DNA from: an uncultured delta proteobacterium
GTDB lineage: Bacteria > Myxococcota_A > UBA9160 > SMWR01
Length of the DNA stretch: 64,000 nucleotides
Assembly (NCBI GenBank): GCA_963832165.1
Contig: CAWHTE010000007.1
Location: forward strand, 224,001 to 288,000
Direction of reading: 5' to 3'
Shown here: in pieces, positions 20,007-32,000 of the stretch
Numbering within the stretch: the stretch's first letter is position 1
Layout: each line of letters starts with the position of its first letter
The notes under the pieces: generated by a model
What the model was told of the DNA's origin: nothing
Databases searched by the model: none
What the model saw: the letters and a program-made list of their open reading frames with translations, nothing else
Made by a program: the position numbers and the translations under genes

Positions 20007-21942
20007 TCCTTCGCGCGACGCTCGACGCCCACTGATCCTGGGCACCGCGGGTCACATCGATCACGGAAAGACCTCCCTGTGCCACGCGCTCACGGGCGTC
20101 GACACCGATCGCCTGCCCGAGGAGAAGGCGCGCGGGATCACGATCGAGCTCGGCTTTGCACCGCTCGACCTGCCAGACGGAACGAGGCTCGGCATGGTCG
20201 ACGTGCCCGGCCACGAGGGTCTCGTGCGCACGATGGTGTCGGGCGCCGCGGGCATCGACCTGCTCCTGCTCGTGGTGGCCGCCGACGAAGGTGTGATGCC
20301 GCAGACGCGCGAGCACCTCGCGATCTGCGAGCTGCTCGGGATCACGCGCGCGGTGGTCGCGCTCACGAAGGTCGATCTCGTCGACGAGGACGTGGCGGAC
20401 CTCGCGGAGGAGGAGGTGGCAACGCTTCTCGCGCAGACGCCGCTCGCGCGGGCGCCGATCGTGCGCGTCTCCGCGGTGACGGGCGCGGGCCTCGATCCTC
20501 TGCGCGCAGCGCTCGCCGAGCTCGCTCTCGCGGCCGAGGCGCGCACGCCGCGCGCGGGGCCGCCGCGCTTGCCCGTGGACCGCTGCTTCGAGATGCGCGG
20601 GTTCGGACCCGTCGTCACGGGCACGCTGATCGGCGGCCCGCTTCACGTGGGCGACGCCGTGACGCTCCTGCCCGACGACCGGCGCGCGCGCGTGCGCGGA
20701 CTGCACAGCCACGGCGTCGCGGTTGAAGTCGCGCAACCGGGCACGCGCTGCGCGGTAAACCTCTCGGGCGTCGCGCTCGAGCTGCTCTCGCGCGGACTCG
20801 TGCTGACTGCGCCCGATGCGCTCGCGCCCACGTCTACGATCGACGCGCGCGTCGATTGGCTCGCCGAAGCGCCTCCCGTGGAAGAGCCGACGCCCGTGTC
20901 GCTGCTCGCGGGCACCGCCGAGCGGCTCGCGAGGATCGCGCCGATCGGCGAACCGGTGCTCGCGCCGGGCACGAGCGCGTTTGCTCGGCTGCACCTCACG
21001 GCGCCGATGGCGCTCCTGCCGGGCGATCGCTTCGTGCTGCGCGGATTCGCACGAACCGCGATCGGCGCCACGCTCGGCGGCGGCACCGTGCTCGACGTAT
21101 CTCCGCCGCACCGCCGGCGCAGCGACACCGAGCTGGTGGCCGAGCTCGAAGAGCTCGCGCGCCGCGACGCAGAGACCGACGTGCGCGTGCGTGTGCGCCG
21201 CGCGGGCTTCGCGGGCATCACGCGCGCCGAGCTCGCGTGCGAGACGGGCCGCGTCTCCGAGGAGATCGCGGCCGTGACCCTGAGCGCATGCGCGAGCGGT
21301 GCGCTCGTCTCCGCGGGCGAGCGCGTGCTCGATCCAGCCGCGTTCGCGCGCCTCGGGCGCGAGCTGGTGGCCGCGCTCGACGCCTATCACGCGGCCGAGC
21401 CGCTGCGCCCGGGCATGTCCGTGGGCTCGCTGCGCGGCACGCTGCCCGAGAACGTGTCGCCCGAGGTGACCCAGGTCGCGCTCGAATACCTCGCGAGTGC
21501 GGGCGAGATCGCGATCGAGAGCGACCACGTGCGCCGCTCGAAGCACCAGCCGACGCTCGACCCCGCTGCCCAGAAGGCCTGCGACGCGATCGCCGCGCTG
21601 CTGGCCGCGGCCGCGCTCGAAGCGCCCTCTCTGCGCGACGTGGCGTCGCACGTCGCACTCTCGGAAGCCGCCGCGCGCGACCTGCTCGCGTACCTCGAGC
21701 GCGAGCATCGCCTCGTGCGCGCGCGTCCCGATCTCTGGTTCGATGTGCGCGCAGTCGAGGCTCTTCGCAGCCGCGTGCGCGCGTACTTCGAAAGCCACGA
21801 CGAGCTCGACACGCCCGCCTACAAGGCGCTGATCGGCACCTCGCGCCGCACGGCGGTGCCGCTCATGGAGCTGCTCGACGCCGAGCGCCTGACCGTGCGC
21901 CGCGGAGAGGTGCGGCGGCTTCGGGATCGCGCGAAGACCTGA
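19993..21942 (+). CDS. selB: Selenocysteine-specific translation elongation factor
   Basis: [30 protein letters not shown] and C-terminal winged-helix region ending [15 protein letters not shown]. Confidence 0.95.
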   Translation: MDRVSPSRDARRPLILGTAGHIDHGKTSLCHALTGVDTDRLPEEKARGITIELGFAPLDLPDGTRLGMVDVPGHEGLVRTMVSGAAGIDLLLLVVAADEGVMPQTREHLAICELLGITRAVVALTKVDLVDEDVADLAEEEVATLLAQTPLARAPIVRVSAVTGAGLDPLRAALAELALAAEARTPRAGPPRLPVDRCFEMRGFGPVVTGTLIGGPLHVGDAVTLLPDDRRARVRGLHSHGVAVEVAQPGTRCAVNLSGVALELLSRGLVLTAPDALAPTSTIDARVDWLAEAPPVEEPTPVSLLAGTAERLARIAPIGEPVLAPGTSAFARLHLTAPMALLPGDRFVLRGFARTAIGATLGGGTVLDVSPPHRRRSDTELVAELEELARRDAETDVRVRVRRAGFAGITRAELACETGRVSEEIAAVTLSACASGALVSAGERVLDPAAFARLGRELVAALDAYHAAEPLRPGMSVGSLRGTLPENVSPEVTQVALEYLASAGEIAIESDHVRRSKHQPTLDPAAQKACDAIAALLAAAALEAPSLRDVASHVALSEAAARDLLAYLEREHRLVRARPDLWFDVRAVEALRSRVRAYFESHDELDTPAYKALIGTSRRTAVPLMELLDAERLTVRRGEVRRLRDRAKT

Positions 21943-21943
21943 G

Positions 21944-22717
21944 TCAGCTCTGCCGGCGTCTCGAGATCGCGAGGCCGACGAGCCCGAGCGCCATCAGCGC
22001 GCCGGTCGTGGGCTCGGGCACGAACGTCACCACGATCTCGAAGGTCTTCTTGTGGATGTCGTTGGTGCCGCCGTCGAACGAGAAGACCTCGAGCGAGTTG
22101 TCGAACTGGAAGATCTCGATGGCAGTCGCGTGCGTGGTCAGCGCACCAACATTCGCGATGAGCTCGCCGTTCCAGATGGCGTCGGGGTCGGGGTCTACCC
22201 AGTGTCCGTCCCCGGCAGTCCCAAGCGGAGTGAAGCCCATGCTGACGGACTGAGACGGAATCGAGAGATTCGTGATGAAATCGAGCGCGGTGACCCGGTA
22301 GAAGAGATTGCCGATCACCTGCGCCGAACCGTCCAGCGACAAGTTGTAATCACCCGACTCACGGATGGTGATCGAACCGATCCGCGCATTGGGATTGGTG
22401 GCTTGCGGGATCACGATATCCAACAGGAGTCTCGTGTCGACGAGGTCTCCCGAGACGCTGGTCGTCTCGGCAAAGAACGACGGATCGACGTCGAAGACCA
22501 ACGTAGTGCCGGCGAGGAAGATGTTGTTGGGATCGCCGCCGTTCACGAGCAGCGGCGGATCCGGATTCGTCGCTGATTCCTGGATGTTGTTGTACTGAAT
22601 CAGCGTGTTCTGCTTGTCTCCGTAGTTCACCGTCAGCGCCGAGGCTGAGGTGACCGCAAGTACTGCGATCAAGCCGAACCCAACTAACACAACGCTGCGC
22701 AGAGCAGACAGCCGCAC
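21944..22717 (-). CDS. PEP-CTERM sorting domain protein 1
   Basis: GTG start, signal peptide, C-terminal VPEPTTGALMALGLVGLAISRRRQS. Confidence 0.9.
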   Translation of the reverse strand: MRLSALRSVVLVGFGLIAVLAVTSASALTVNYGDKQNTLIQYNNIQESATNPDPPLLVNGGDPNNIFLAGTTLVFDVDPSFFAETTSVSGDLVDTRLLLDIVIPQATNPNARIGSITIRESGDYNLSLDGSAQVIGNLFYRVTALDFITNLSIPSQSVSMGFTPLGTAGDGHWVDPDPDAIWNGELIANVGALTTHATAIEIFQFDNSLEVFSFDGGTNDIHKKTFEIVVTFVPEPTTGALMALGLVGLAISRRRQS

Positions 22718-22935
22718 CTCGCTACCCCTTATCCGGATCCGTATCCGCGTGTTACCCGTCGCTATTCGGGTCGATTCTGCCGGTACTGGAACAGGCATAT
22801 CGTGACGGGAATCGGCTCGGAGGTCCAGCATTTTTTCTGATATGTCACAGATAGTTAACGAGCGCGTCCTCACCCCGGAGGAGTGTCGCTTCTGCTCAGG
22901 GGGCACAGTTTGGAGGAGGGGTTTTACCCAACATT

Positions 22936-23449
22936 GCAGAGACCGACGTGCGCGTGCGCCGCGCGGGCTTCGCGGGCATCACGCGCGCCGAGCTCGCGTG
23001 CGAGACGGGCCGCGTCTCCGAGGAGATCGCGGCCGTGACCCTCCGCGCATGCGCGAGCGGTGCGCTCGTCTCCGCGGGCGAGCACGTGCTCGATCCGGCC
23101 GCGTTCGCGCGCCTCGGGCGCGAGCTGGTGGCCGCGCTCGACGCCTATCACGCGGCCGAGCCGCTGCGCCCGGGCATGTCCGTGGGCGCGCAGCGCGGCA
23201 CGCTGCCCGAGAACGTGTCGCCCGAGGTGACCCAGGTCGCGCTCGAGTACCTCGCGCGTGCGGGCGAGATCGCGATCGAGAGTGCGCGCGTACTTCGAAA
23301 GCCACGACGAGCTCGACACGCCCGCCTACAAGGCGCTGATCGGCACCTCGCGCCGCACGGCGGTGCCGCTCATGGAGCTGCTCGACGCCGAGCGCCTGAC
23401 CGTGCGCCGCGGAGAGGTGCGGCGGCTTCGGGATCGCGCGAAGACCTGA
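22936..23449 (+). pseudogene. selB: Duplicated, internally deleted selB 3' fragment
   Basis: Near-identical to 21169-21942, with about 8 substitutions, a 6 bp deletion and a ~254 bp frameshifting deletion (equivalent to 21522-21775). Confidence 0.93.
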
Positions 23450-23451
23450 GT

Positions 23452-24231
23452 TCAGCTCTGCCGGCGTCTCGAGATCGCGAGGCCGACGAGCCCGAGCGCC
23501 ATCAGCGCGCCGGTTGTGGGCTCGGGCACGAGCGTCACCTCGATCGAGAAGGTCTTCTTCTGGATCCGGTTCGTGCCTCCGTCGAACGAGAACGCCTCGA
23601 GCGCATTGTTGAAGATGAAGATCTCGATCGCGGTGGCAGCTGTCGTGAGCGCCGCCACGTTCGCGTTGAGCGTGCCGTCCCAGTTTCCGTCGGGATCCTC
23701 GGGGCTCACGTAGTGCCCGGTCGGCGCGTCCCCGCCGCTTCCCGCCGGCGAGAACACCATGTCGACCGTCTGATCCGGGATCGAGAGATTGGTGATGAAG
23801 TCGAGCTCGGTGACGCGATAGCGCAGGCTGCCGATCACCTGTGCCGATCCGTCACCCGAGAGGTTGTAGTCGCCGCCCTCGATGATGGTGATCGATCCGA
23901 TGCGCAGGTTGCTGCCGGTGGGGATCTCGATGTCCAGCGTGAGCGTGGTGTCGACGAGCTCTCCGGAGGCGGATGTCGTCTCGGCGAAGAACGACGGATC
24001 GACGTCGAAGACCAGCGTCGTGCCCGCGAGGAAGATGTTATTCGGGTCTCCACCGTTGACTAGCAGCGGCGGATCCGGATTCGTCGCGGTCTCCTGGATG
24101 TTGTTGTACTCGATCGACGCGTTCGTCTTGTTGCCGTAGTTCAGCGTCAGCGCCGAGGCTGAGGAGACCGCAAGAGCCGCGATCAATCCGAAGCCGACTA
24201 ACCCAACGCTGCGCAAAGCAGACAGCTGCAT
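23452..24231 (-). CDS. PEP-CTERM sorting domain protein 2 (paralogue of protein 1)
   Basis: About 78-80% identical by eye to 21944-22717, with an identical VPEP-TM-RRR tail. Confidence 0.9.
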   Translation of the reverse strand: MQLSALRSVGLVGFGLIAALAVSSASALTLNYGNKTNASIEYNNIQETATNPDPPLLVNGGDPNNIFLAGTTLVFDVDPSFFAETTSASGELVDTTLTLDIEIPTGSNLRIGSITIIEGGDYNLSGDGSAQVIGSLRYRVTELDFITNLSIPDQTVDMVFSPAGSGGDAPTGHYVSPEDPDGNWDGTLNANVAALTTAATAIEIFIFNNALEAFSFDGGTNRIQKKTFSIEVTLVPEPTTGALMALGLVGLAISRRRQS

Positions 24232-24459
24232 CTCGCTTCCCCTTCTCCGGATCCGTATCCGCGTGTTACCCGTCGCTACTCGGGTCCATTCTGCCGGTAC
24301 TGGAACAGGGTCATCTTGACCGGAATCGGCTCCGAGGTCCAGCCTTTTTTCTGATACGTCACGAATAGTTAACAGGGGTGTCCTCACCCCGGAGGAGTGT
24401 CGCTTCTGCTCAGGGGGCATCGCGTTGGCGGAGGGGTGCCCAACAGTGCAGAAACGACA

Positions 24460-27400
24460 CTATTCGTCACGCTCCAAACCAGAGATCGTTCGCGAGGATC
24501 GCCACCAGCGTCTCCGGCTGGTCCGCCCATGCTTCGGGAACCGAGGTTCAGGACCGGCGGGAGCCGCCGAGAAGTCAGCCCCCGCGGGCGCGCTCGCTCC
24601 CGGGGCCTCGATTCCGTCCAGGCGCGCGAGGATGGCCTCGAGCCCGTCTTCGCCGGTGCCGAGGTCGTCGTCGAGATCGGCGACCAGAAAGCTGTCGCCG
24701 TTGCCGAGCGAGCGCAGCGCGATGCGGTCGCCGTCGATCAGGCCGTCGGGATTCACGAGACCTTCCACCGCCACGAGGAGCTGGTCGCCCTCGCTGGGGT
24801 TCAGGTCCGTGATGATCTCGAAATCATTGAGGCTCTGCGGCTCGTGGCCGAGCACGAAGAGGTCCGTCCCGAGCCCGCCGGTGAGCTGATTCTGCCCTCC
24901 TTCGGCCACCAGGGAATCGGCGCCGGCGCCGCCATTCAGCGTGTCGTGTCCGAGCAGCGCGTAGAGGTCGTCGTTACCGCCCGCTGCGAACAGGAAATTG
25001 TTGCTCGCCGTACCGACCAACACCTCGTCGCCACTGCCTCCATTGACGAAGCTCGTCTCGGGAGGCGATCCGGCGCCGATCACGAACAACTGCACGCGCG
25101 CGGTGTTCACACCGTGGCTGGTTTCGATCGCGTACTCGAAGCTGTCGAGCCCGGTGAATCCATCGTTGCCGACGTAGATGATCCGATCGTCATCGAGCGA
25201 ATAGGCGAGCCCGTTCGCTGGCGAAGCTACTGATCTCCAGGGAGAGGACGTCGTCGGGATCGAGCGGCAGGCCGTTGGCGTCGAGATCATTCGCGAGCAC
25301 GTCGACGATCTGATTGCCGGACGGCCTCGTCACGAATGTGTCGTCGGCGGGAAGTGGGAGCTGGATGTTGAAGATCACGCCGTCGCCGAAGACGAGCCGT
25401 TCGACCGTGCTGAACGAATCCGTGCCTTCGGATCCTTCGTCATGCGTGACCGTCAGCAGCTCGAGGTCGATGCTGTAGTCCACTCTCGGCCCTGCGAAGT
25501 GCGCGATGTCGAAGCCAGTGCCGCCGATGAGCTCGTCGTCGCCGTCCCCACCGGTCAGCGAGTCATTGCCTGCGCCTCCGATCAGGGTGTCGCCCCCACC
25601 GGCGCCCGCGAGTACATCGTTGCCCGCGCCGCCCGAGAGCGTGTTCGCTCCGGCGCTCCCGATCAGCGAGTCGGCGCCCGCACCACCTAGCGCGGACTCG
25701 ACGCTCGCGAGCGAGTCGCTGCCGATATAGGAGCCCGTCGCGGTGCCGGTGCCGAGGTTCACCGCGATGGCCCCCGTCGCCCTGGAGGCGTCGTAGGTAT
25801 CGCTGCCACCGCCACCGACGATCGTGTCGCTGCCGTCGCCCGATGTCGCCACGATCGTGTCGTCGCCGCCGCCACCGGTGAGCGTGTCGGCACCCGCGTT
25901 CCCAATGAGGACGTTGTCGTGGCCGTTGCCCGTCAGCGCGTCGTCAGCCGAGCCCCCCGTCGCGTTCTCGATCCCCGCGAGCTCATCGTCGCCGAAATCG
26001 GCGCCGCTCGCGGTGCCCGTACCGAGGTTGACCGTCACGGGCGCCGACGCGGCGGATGCGTCCCACGTATCGGATCCGAGACCGCCATCGACGTCGTCGT
26101 CGCCGGGGCTCGCGAACACGACGTTGTCAGCGCCGTCGCCGATCAGCGTGTCGTTCCCGACCCCTCCCTGGAGGTTCTCGAAGTCGAACAGGCGGTCCGC
26201 GCCGATCTCGAGGCCCGATGCCGTCCCGAACGGCAATCCACCGCCTGAAAGGTCGATCGTCACGGCGCCGATCGCTGCGGCATAGCGGATCGTGTCGGCG
26301 CCTCCTCCGCCGCGATAGTTGTCTTCGATCGCGTCGAGCGCCCCGTCGATTACGTCGTTGCCCGCTCCGCCGAGCACTTCGTCCGTACCGGCGCCGTCGC
26401 GCAAGAGGTCGGCGCCGGGTCCGCCGTCGAGCGTGTCGTTGTCGGCGCCGCCGTCGAGCACGTCGTCGCCACCTGCACCCTCGAGCACATCGTCGCCCGA
26501 GCCGCCCGAGAGCGTGTTCGCGCCGCCGTCACCGACGAGCGTGTCGTCGCCCGAGCCGCCCGTCGCGTTCTCGACGTTCGTGAGCGTGTCGCTGCCGATG
26601 TCCGCACCCGTGGTCGAGCCCGAGTCCAGGTCGACCGTCACGGAACCCGTCGCGGCCGAGGCATCGTAGAGATCGATGCCGGCGCCGCCGCCGAGCGCGT
26701 TGTTTCCCGAGCTTCCGACGAGCGTGTCGTCGCCCGAGCCACCCGTCGCATTCTCGACGTTCGCGAGCGTGTCGCTGCCGATGTCCACACCCGTGGCCGA
26801 GCCCGAGTCCAGGTCGACCGTCACGGGGCTCGTCGCGGCCGAGGCATCGTAGAGATCGGTGCCGGCGCCGCCGTCGAGCGCGTTGTTGCCCGAGCTTCCG
26901 ACGAGCGTGTCGTCGCCCGAGCCGCCCGTCGCGTTCTCGATGCTCGCGAGCGTGTCGCTGCCGATGTCCGCGCCCGTGGCCGAGCCCGAGTCCAGGTCGA
27001 TCGTCACGGAGCTCGTCGCGGCCGAGGCATCGTAGAGATCGGTGCCGGCGCCGCCGTCGAGCGCGTTGTTTCCCGAGCTTCCGACGAGCGTGTCGTCGCC
27101 CGAGCCCCCGTCGCGTTCTCGACGTTCGCGAGCGTGTCGCTGCCGATGTCCACACCCGTGGCCGAGCCCGAGTCCAGGTCGATCGTCACGGAGCTCGTCG
27201 CGGCCGAGGCATCGTAGAGATCGGTGCCGGCGCCACCGTCGATGGCGTTGTTGCCCGAGCTTCCGACGAGCGTGTCGTCGCCCGAGCCGCTCGTCGCGTT
27301 CTCGACGCTCGCGAGCGTGTCGCTGCCGATGTCCGCGCCCGTGGCCGAGCCCGAGTCCAGGTCGATCGTCACGGAGCTCGTCGCGGCCGAGGCATCGTAG

Positions 27401-28358
27401 AGATCGATGCCGGCGCCGCCGTCGAGCGCGTTGTTTCCCGAGCTTCCGACGAGCGTGTCGTCGCCCGAGCCGCCCGTCGCATTCTCGATGCCCGCGAGCT
27501 GGTCGTCGCCGATGTCCGCGCCGCTCGCGGTGCCCGCGCCGAGGTCGATCGTCACGGACGTCGACGCGGCGGATGCATCGTAGGTGTCGGAGCCGAGACC
27601 ACCCTCGACGTCGTCGTCGCCGGGGCTCGCGAACACGACGTTGTCCGCGTCGTCGCCGATCAGCGTGTCGTTCCCCAGACCGCCCTGGATGTTCTCGACG
27701 TCGTACAGGCGATCGGAGCCGATCTCCGCGCCCGATGCGATTCCGAACGGCAGGCCGCCGCCCGTGAGATCGATCGTCACTGCGCTGGCTGCGGTCGCAT
27801 AGCGCACCGTATCGACGCCTTCGTCTCCGCGATAGCTGTCCTCGGTCGCATCGAGTGCGCCATCGATGACGTCGTTGCCGGCGCCGCCGTGCACTTCGTC
27901 CGCACCGGCGCCATCGCGAAGTGCGTCGTCGCCGGCGCCGCCGAAGAGCGTGTCGGCGCCACCGCCGCCGTCGACGTCCACCGCGGTGCCCGCCGAGATC
28001 CCCGAGGCGTCGAAGACGTCGGCGGCGTCGCTGCCCGTGAACTCGATGCGTGTCACGCCAACGGAGGCAAGATCCCCCGAGAGCGTGACGTCGGATCCGT
28101 CGGGATCCCCGAGGAACGCGACGACCGGTACGTCGCGCACCGTGATCGTACGCGCATGACGTCGCCCGTACTGCCGAGGTACGAGAACAGCAGCGTGAGA
28201 ACGTCGGGGGTGAGCGCGTCGATCGCGCCGACTACCGCGGTGCGATCGCTCTCCCCGTTGTCGAGATCGACGACGAGCCGGTCCCCTGAGGTGAAGTCCG
28301 GGCTCTGCGAGCTATTGCTCGAGCCGTCGCTTACGTCATAGGTGAGGTCAGGGGGCAA
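24460..28358 (-). CDS. RTX calcium-binding repeat protein A (T1SS substrate), split by frameshifts at ~28150, ~27106 and ~25230
   Basis: Consecutive ORF pieces rich in GGxGxDxL nonapeptides, an Ig/cadherin-like domain (DVLAND...DSFEYAI) and an IITD-containing C-terminal secretion domain. The true stop may be the TGA at 24548-24550. Confidence 0.8.
26530..27500 (-). repeat. Five near-identical 183 bp (61 aa) tandem repeats inside RTX A
   Basis: CGAGTCCAGGTCGA recurs at 26621, 26804, 26987, 27169 and 27352 (spacings 183, 183, 182, 183). Confidence 0.92.
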
Positions 28359-28373
28359 GGCACCACGAGGTTA

Positions 28374-28996
28374 CTAGAGCCGGACCCGAATCCGCTTGCG
28401 CCTCGAGCAGGGCGAGGGCCGCCGAGCCCGCCGCGAGCATCGACAGCAGTCCCGGCTCCGGGAACTCCACGACCGGTACGCCGAGGTTGAAGCGGAAGCC
28501 CGGCCACTCCGGCTCGTTGAACCCCTCGGCCTCGAGCGAGAGATCGTCCAGATCGAACTTGCCGTCGAGGTTGCCGAGGCCCGTCACGTTGTTCGGAAGG
28601 ACCAGCCCGTGGTAGTACGCGCCGTTCCCGCGGAAGATGATCCGCGTGGCCGAGTTCAATGCGACGGGAGTCAGCGTGAACGTGCCACCGACCTGTGTGG
28701 CATCGGGCACGACGATCTCGAGGCTCGTCAGCTCGTACGACACGATGTCGCCGCCGTGTGATTGTGCCGTGGCTGTCGTCGTAGTCCAGCTCCCCAGTCA
28801 CGTCGTCGCCGACGTTGACGCCCTCCGTCTCGCAGTTCGCGGCGGGCTCGGGGCATCCCGGAGCAAACGGGCTGTCCGCGACGCTCGTCACGTTGCCGAT
28901 CAGCAACAGGTTAACGGTGGCTGCGAGCGCGCCGCTCGCAACCAGCGTGCCCACGGCGAGACCGAAGAACAGATAGGTCATGCGAAGCTTCGGCAT
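28374..28996 (-). CDS. PEP-CTERM sorting domain protein 3, with two frameshifts (~28760, ~28405)
   Basis: Signal peptide (LVASGALA), then FPEPGLLSMLAAGSAALALL and, in the shifted frame, the basic tail RRKRIRVRL-TAG. Confidence 0.72.
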
Positions 28997-29020
28997 TCGA
29001 TGTCTCCCTCGAGATCCCGT

Positions 29021-32000
29021 CTACACCAGGTCGTTGAAGATGATGTCCGCCGCAGTGGCGCCCGTGACGTCGTCGAGGCGAGCAATCACCGACTCGAGCC
29101 CGCCGCTACCCGTACCGTCGCTGTTGTCGAGGTCTGCGAGCAGGAAGGTGTCGCCACCGAACACGAGAACCCCGACTTCGCTCGACGTGATGTCGCCATT
29201 GTCCTGGGTCAGGCCCTCGAGCGCGATCAGCACCTGATCGCCCTCGCCCTGGTTCCAGTCGGTGATGATCTCGAAGTCGTTGACATCGTTCGACTCGTGG
29301 GTCAGCACGAACAGATCGGTGCCGATACCGCCGGTGAGCTGGTTCGCGCCACCGTCGGCGACCAGCAGGTCGTTTCCGCTTCCGCCGTTCGCCGTGTCCT
29401 CTCCGATCAGCGTGTAGAGATCGTCGTTGCCGCCATTTGCGAACATGAAGTTGGCGTCGGCCGTGCCGACGAGGATCTCGTTGCTGTTGTTGCCGTTGAT
29501 GAAGCTCGACTCTGCGAGCGAGCCCGGCGCCTGGACGACCAGGTCGACCTGCGCGGTGTCGCTGCCCTCCGCCGTGGTGATGGTGTAGTCGAAGCTGTCG
29601 GACCCCGAGTAGCCATCGTCGCCCACGTAGAGGATGCGATCGTCGTCGAGCACGAGCGCGAGCCCGTTGCTCGGCGCAGCGCTCACGATGTTCGCCGTCA
29701 CGCTGACCGACGTGAGCGGCGTGATCCCGTCGCTCGCGGTGTCGTTGTCCAGGACGCTGACCGCCAGGTTGCCGGAGGGCCCCGTCGCATCGAGGTCGTC
29801 GTTGGCGATCGGCGACGGAACCAGATCGATCGTCTGATCGGCGAACTCCAGATGCTCCATGGTGGAGTAGGAGTCCGTGCCGTCGTTGCCGTCGCCCAGG
29901 TTGTTGTCCGTGACCGTGCCGTTGAACGTGTCGACCGTGTAGTCGGCGTAGTTGCCGCTGAACACCGCCGTGTCGTCGCCATTGCCGCCGACCAGCGTGT
30001 CGTTGCCCGCGCCGCCGATCAGGCGATCGGAGCCGTCTCCGCCCGAGATTCCATCCGCCCCGCCGTTTCCGGTCAGGACGTTCGCCACCGAGCTGCCGAT
30101 GATGTTGTCGGATCCCCCGCCGCCGATCGCATTCTCGATGCTCGTGAGCGTGCCGGTTCCGATCCCGGAGTAGGTCCCGGCGGTGAGGTTGATCGTCACA
30201 CCCGACACGGCCGCCGAGGAGTCGTAGGTGTCGGTCCCTCCGACGCCGTCGTTGGTGTCGGTGCCCGCACTCGCGTAGATCACGTTGGCGAGTGTGTTGC
30301 CCGTGAGCGTGTCGTTGCCCGAGCCTCCCTGCAGGTTCTCGAAGTCGTAGAGGCGATTCGAGGCACCGATCTCCGAGCCCGATGCATTGCCGAACGGCAG
30401 GAAGCCGTTGGTGAGATCGATCACCACCGCAGCCGTTGCGGTCGAGAACCGGATCGTGTCGGTCCCGGACGATCCGCGGTAGGTGTCGTCGTCCCCGTCG
30501 AGGGCGCCATGGAACGTGTCGTCGTTGGCACCGCCGTCGGCGTCGTCGATGTCGTCCCCGTCGTGGATCGTGTCGTTGCCGGCTCCGCCGTCGATCAAGT
30601 CGTTGCCCGCACCGCCCGAGATCACGTCGGCTCCGCCGTTGCCCGTGAGCACGTTCGCGGCGCCGTCGCCAGTCAACGTGTCGGCGCCCGAGCCACCAGT
30701 CGCGTTCTCGACGCTGGCGTGAGCGTGTCGCTGCCGATCGTCCGAACCCGAAGCCGTGCCGCTCGCAGGCTGATGCGTCACCGCAGCGCGGCCGCGACGC
30801 GTCATACGTGTCGGTATCGCTGCCGCCGTCGGCCGCGTCGTTGCCCGCGCTGGCCACGAGCGTGTCGTTGTCTGCATCGCCCGCGAGGTTGTCGTTGCCC
30901 GCGCCGCCGTCGAGCGAGTCGTTTCCGAGGCCGCCCGTGAGCCCGTCGACGCCTCCGTTGCCGGCCAGCGTGATCGTCGTTGGCACCGCCGTCGATCGGG
31001 TCGTTGCCGGCGCCGCCCGTGAGCGAGTCATTCCCGCCGCTGCCGTTCAGCGCGAGCGTCGTCGTCGACGTCACCCCCGACCCATTGAACACGTCGTTCG
31101 CGGGGCCGCCGTTGAAGGTCACGGTGCTGTCGGTGATCCCCGTCGCCGCCAAGTCTCCCGACAGCGTGACAGTCGAGCCGTCCGCGTCGGCATTGATCAC
31201 GAGCTTCTCGGCGTCGGTCACCGTCGTGGTCGCCGCATCGTCGAAGAGCAGCGAAAGCTCGTCGCCCGGAACGGCCGGCACGGTGCCCGTGAGGCCCGAA
31301 GTCCCGGCCCCGCCGTTGTCGAGATTCACCGTCAGCGTGTCGCCGAGCGCGGTCTCCCCGCCTTCGCCGCCGTCGATCCATCGGAGCCGTCGCCGAACGC
31401 GTAGGTGATCGAGTCGTCGCCTGCGCCGGCCGCGACCGCGTCGTTGCCGCCGAGGCCGTTGATCGTGTCGTTGCCCGCGCCGCCGTCGATCAGGTCGTTG
31501 CCGGCTCCGCCGGTCAGCGGTGTCGTTTCCGCCAGCCGTCGAACGTCGAGGGACTGGGTCGAAGTGAGGCCGGAGGCGTTGACGATGTCCGCCCCGTCGC
31601 CACCCGAACGGGCCGCCCGTGACCGTGACCGTCTCGAGCGCCGTCGGAGCGAAGTCGCCCGTGATGTTCACGGTGTCGCCGCCGTCGCCGAGAACGATCG
31701 TCAAATTCTCGGTGTTGTCGAACGTGACGGAGCCAGCCGCACCAGCGTTCATCGTCACGAGCACGTCGGTCGTTCCGCCGGGCTCGACGGTGTCGGTCCC
31801 CGGTGCCGTGACGGCGAAGGTGATCGGGGACGCGCTGGGAGTGCTCGGCGGAGTGATGTTCAGCAACAAGACGGTGTCGCTGCCAATGCCGCCATTGACG
31901 ACATCGTTCCCTGTGGAGGGCAGGTTCAGGTACCAGTCGTCGCCGTCTCCCAGCGAGGCCGTATCGCTGCCGGCAAGGCCGAAGGCGATGTCGTTGCCGG

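Noticed and set aside
22866..22905. VLTPEECR reading resembling a tyrosine recombinase start, conserved at ~24379-24418
   Set aside because: Only 6-8 residues with no downstream recombinase motifs; cannot be distinguished from chance.
22718..22935. 63-codon N-terminal extensions of the PEP-CTERM ORFs, or a sigma54 promoter upstream of them
   Set aside because: Signal peptides begin at 22717 and 24231, and the shared extension simply reflects duplication. No TGGCAC-N5-TTGC match was found on the coding strand.
21944..24231. Diversity-generating retroelement acting on the PEP-CTERM paralogues
   Set aside because: No reverse transcriptase is present, and the differences include indels and are not adenine-specific.
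19993..24500. tRNA-Sec (selC) or a selenoprotein near selB
   Set aside because: No cloverleaf was recognised, and the TGA codons examined end complete proteins or form stop/start overlaps.
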